A stretch of DNA of 59,125 nucleotides, filler included, from Callorhinchus milii (lineage: Eukaryota): the NCBI RefSeq assembly GCF_018977255.1. It is 4 parts of 4 records of this genome, joined end to end, with 100 filler letters (N's around TTAATTAATTAA, not from the genome) between each part and the next. Parts side by side here need not be neighbours in the genome. Positions count along the whole stretch, not along the records: positions 49,392 to 59,125 come from NW_024704746.1; 3 more parts are not named here. One strand, 5' to 3'. Positions 57,846 to 59,125 of this stretch are shown here, piece after piece. Below the pieces are notes generated by a model. That model was given only the letters and a program-made list of their open reading frames with translations, made no database searches and was not told the DNA's origin. The translations under genes were made by a program, and so were the position numbers. The first letter of the stretch is position 1. Each line of letters starts with the position of its first letter.

Positions 57846-59125
57846 TATTGTTGAATTTAAAATGATTGTAAATAATCCTTGCATTTGATACCATTTCACG
57901 AGGATGTCTGAAAACACTGTAAAGTGTAGTGCCCCCAGCAATGCATTAGAGGGCCAGCCTAGACTTTGTGAGCTTAAAATTCAGAAGCGGGCTTGGACCT
58001 GAATTTTTGGACTCTTGAGACAAGAGTACCACCACCAGAGCCAAGCTGACACCACATTATATTTGGCAATTTATTCACCTTCAGTGTGGTTGATATTACT
58101 CAGTTTTATTAAGTTTGCCTTGATTTATGTTTTAATAAAGAAACTCAATATTAATGTTTATGAAATGTTAACATTGAAAGTCCTGGTTACATATTTATTT
58201 GAGGAACTGAATTTCTGAATTCTTATAAGTTTTAAACTTTTGATTCCAACCAGTAGAAAGTGAAGCCAGGCTCCCTATTAATGTGTAACCATAAGCATCT
58301 TTAAACAGTAGCATATCACAACTAATTATGTTGCTGATGGTGTTTTATTGGCAGCTAGTGATTCCATAAAGTAAAGGGTGTCTCCTGATGTGGAAATCAT
58401 AATCTGTTCAGTGACGGTGCTTTTAATAAAATGTTTAGTATTCAAACTAATCAAAAGAATTTGTGTACTATTCAACTTGGTCTGAAATAAAGACTTTAAG
58501 TGAAGTAAATATGATTAAAGTTTTCTTTGGTGTTTAAGTGAAGAAATTCAAGCTTTTTTTAAAAAAGAGGCAAAAAAGTGATTATAGTGATAGTGACCAT
58601 TACTGTTTCACGATATGCACTTGACAGATTGTAATAGTGCTAATTGAACATAATAATTCACACTTGCTTCATTCTATTCAAAGAGCGAATCGGCAGCTTG
58701 TTTTGCTTTTGACCAGATGGTGCTGATGAACACCTACTGTGCACTTTAAGTGCTTACTAGAATTACAAAGGCAGATCTGTGTTGAGCTCAAAATGGTTGA
58801 GAAACCTGAATTGAATAGATTTTGTGCAACTAAATTAATTCTGGTGGACCATTAAACATTGAGCTGTCTTTTCAAAGCACCAAGCTCCTTGTTTGTTCTG
58901 GAGCAATGAAAAAGTGAAAGGCAGATTACAGCAAACAGAAATAAAAGTGCTATGAAAAGGAGAAGAGGGCTTGAAGCCTTTTATGTAGAATTTGTTTTTA
59001 AGTGCATTATTTGTGTGTATAAATGAAAAGCCATTTCAGTTTTGTTTTAAGTGCACTATTTAAAACGTATGAATACGAAAACAATAGCAACATTTAGTAA
59101 CAGTTGATTGAGTGTATGTCCATAA

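Overview
Vertebrate genomic DNA, most likely a cartilaginous fish (chimaera/elephant-shark-like repeat content; inference). It is dense in tRNA-derived Deu-domain SINEs and L2/CR1 LINE fragments. Three identical 100-bp spacers (44 N + TTAATTAATTAA + 44 N, at 18970-19069, 44175-44274 and 49292-49391) split the window into four pieces that are probably concatenated, not biological neighbours. Piece A (1-18969) holds a complete 9-exon K8-like type II keratin (445 aa). Piece B (19070-44174) holds two damaged GPR139/142-like GPCR genes, an Ig-domain + TM receptor gene, two tRNA pseudogenes, and five T-cell receptor alpha/delta-type V segments with leaders and 23-bp RSSs in a partly duplicated array. 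Piece C (44275-49291) holds an NHERF2-like exon. Piece D (49392-59125) holds a FAF1 exon and intronic DNA. The most interesting signals are: the GPCR/IgSF/TCR-V linkage; SINE heads sitting directly against RSS nonamers; an atypical V segment with a broken leader; a GPCR that a SINE-derived splice acceptor could rescue in frame; and two insertion/palindrome structures in the FAF1 intron. All coordinates and alignments were read by eye.
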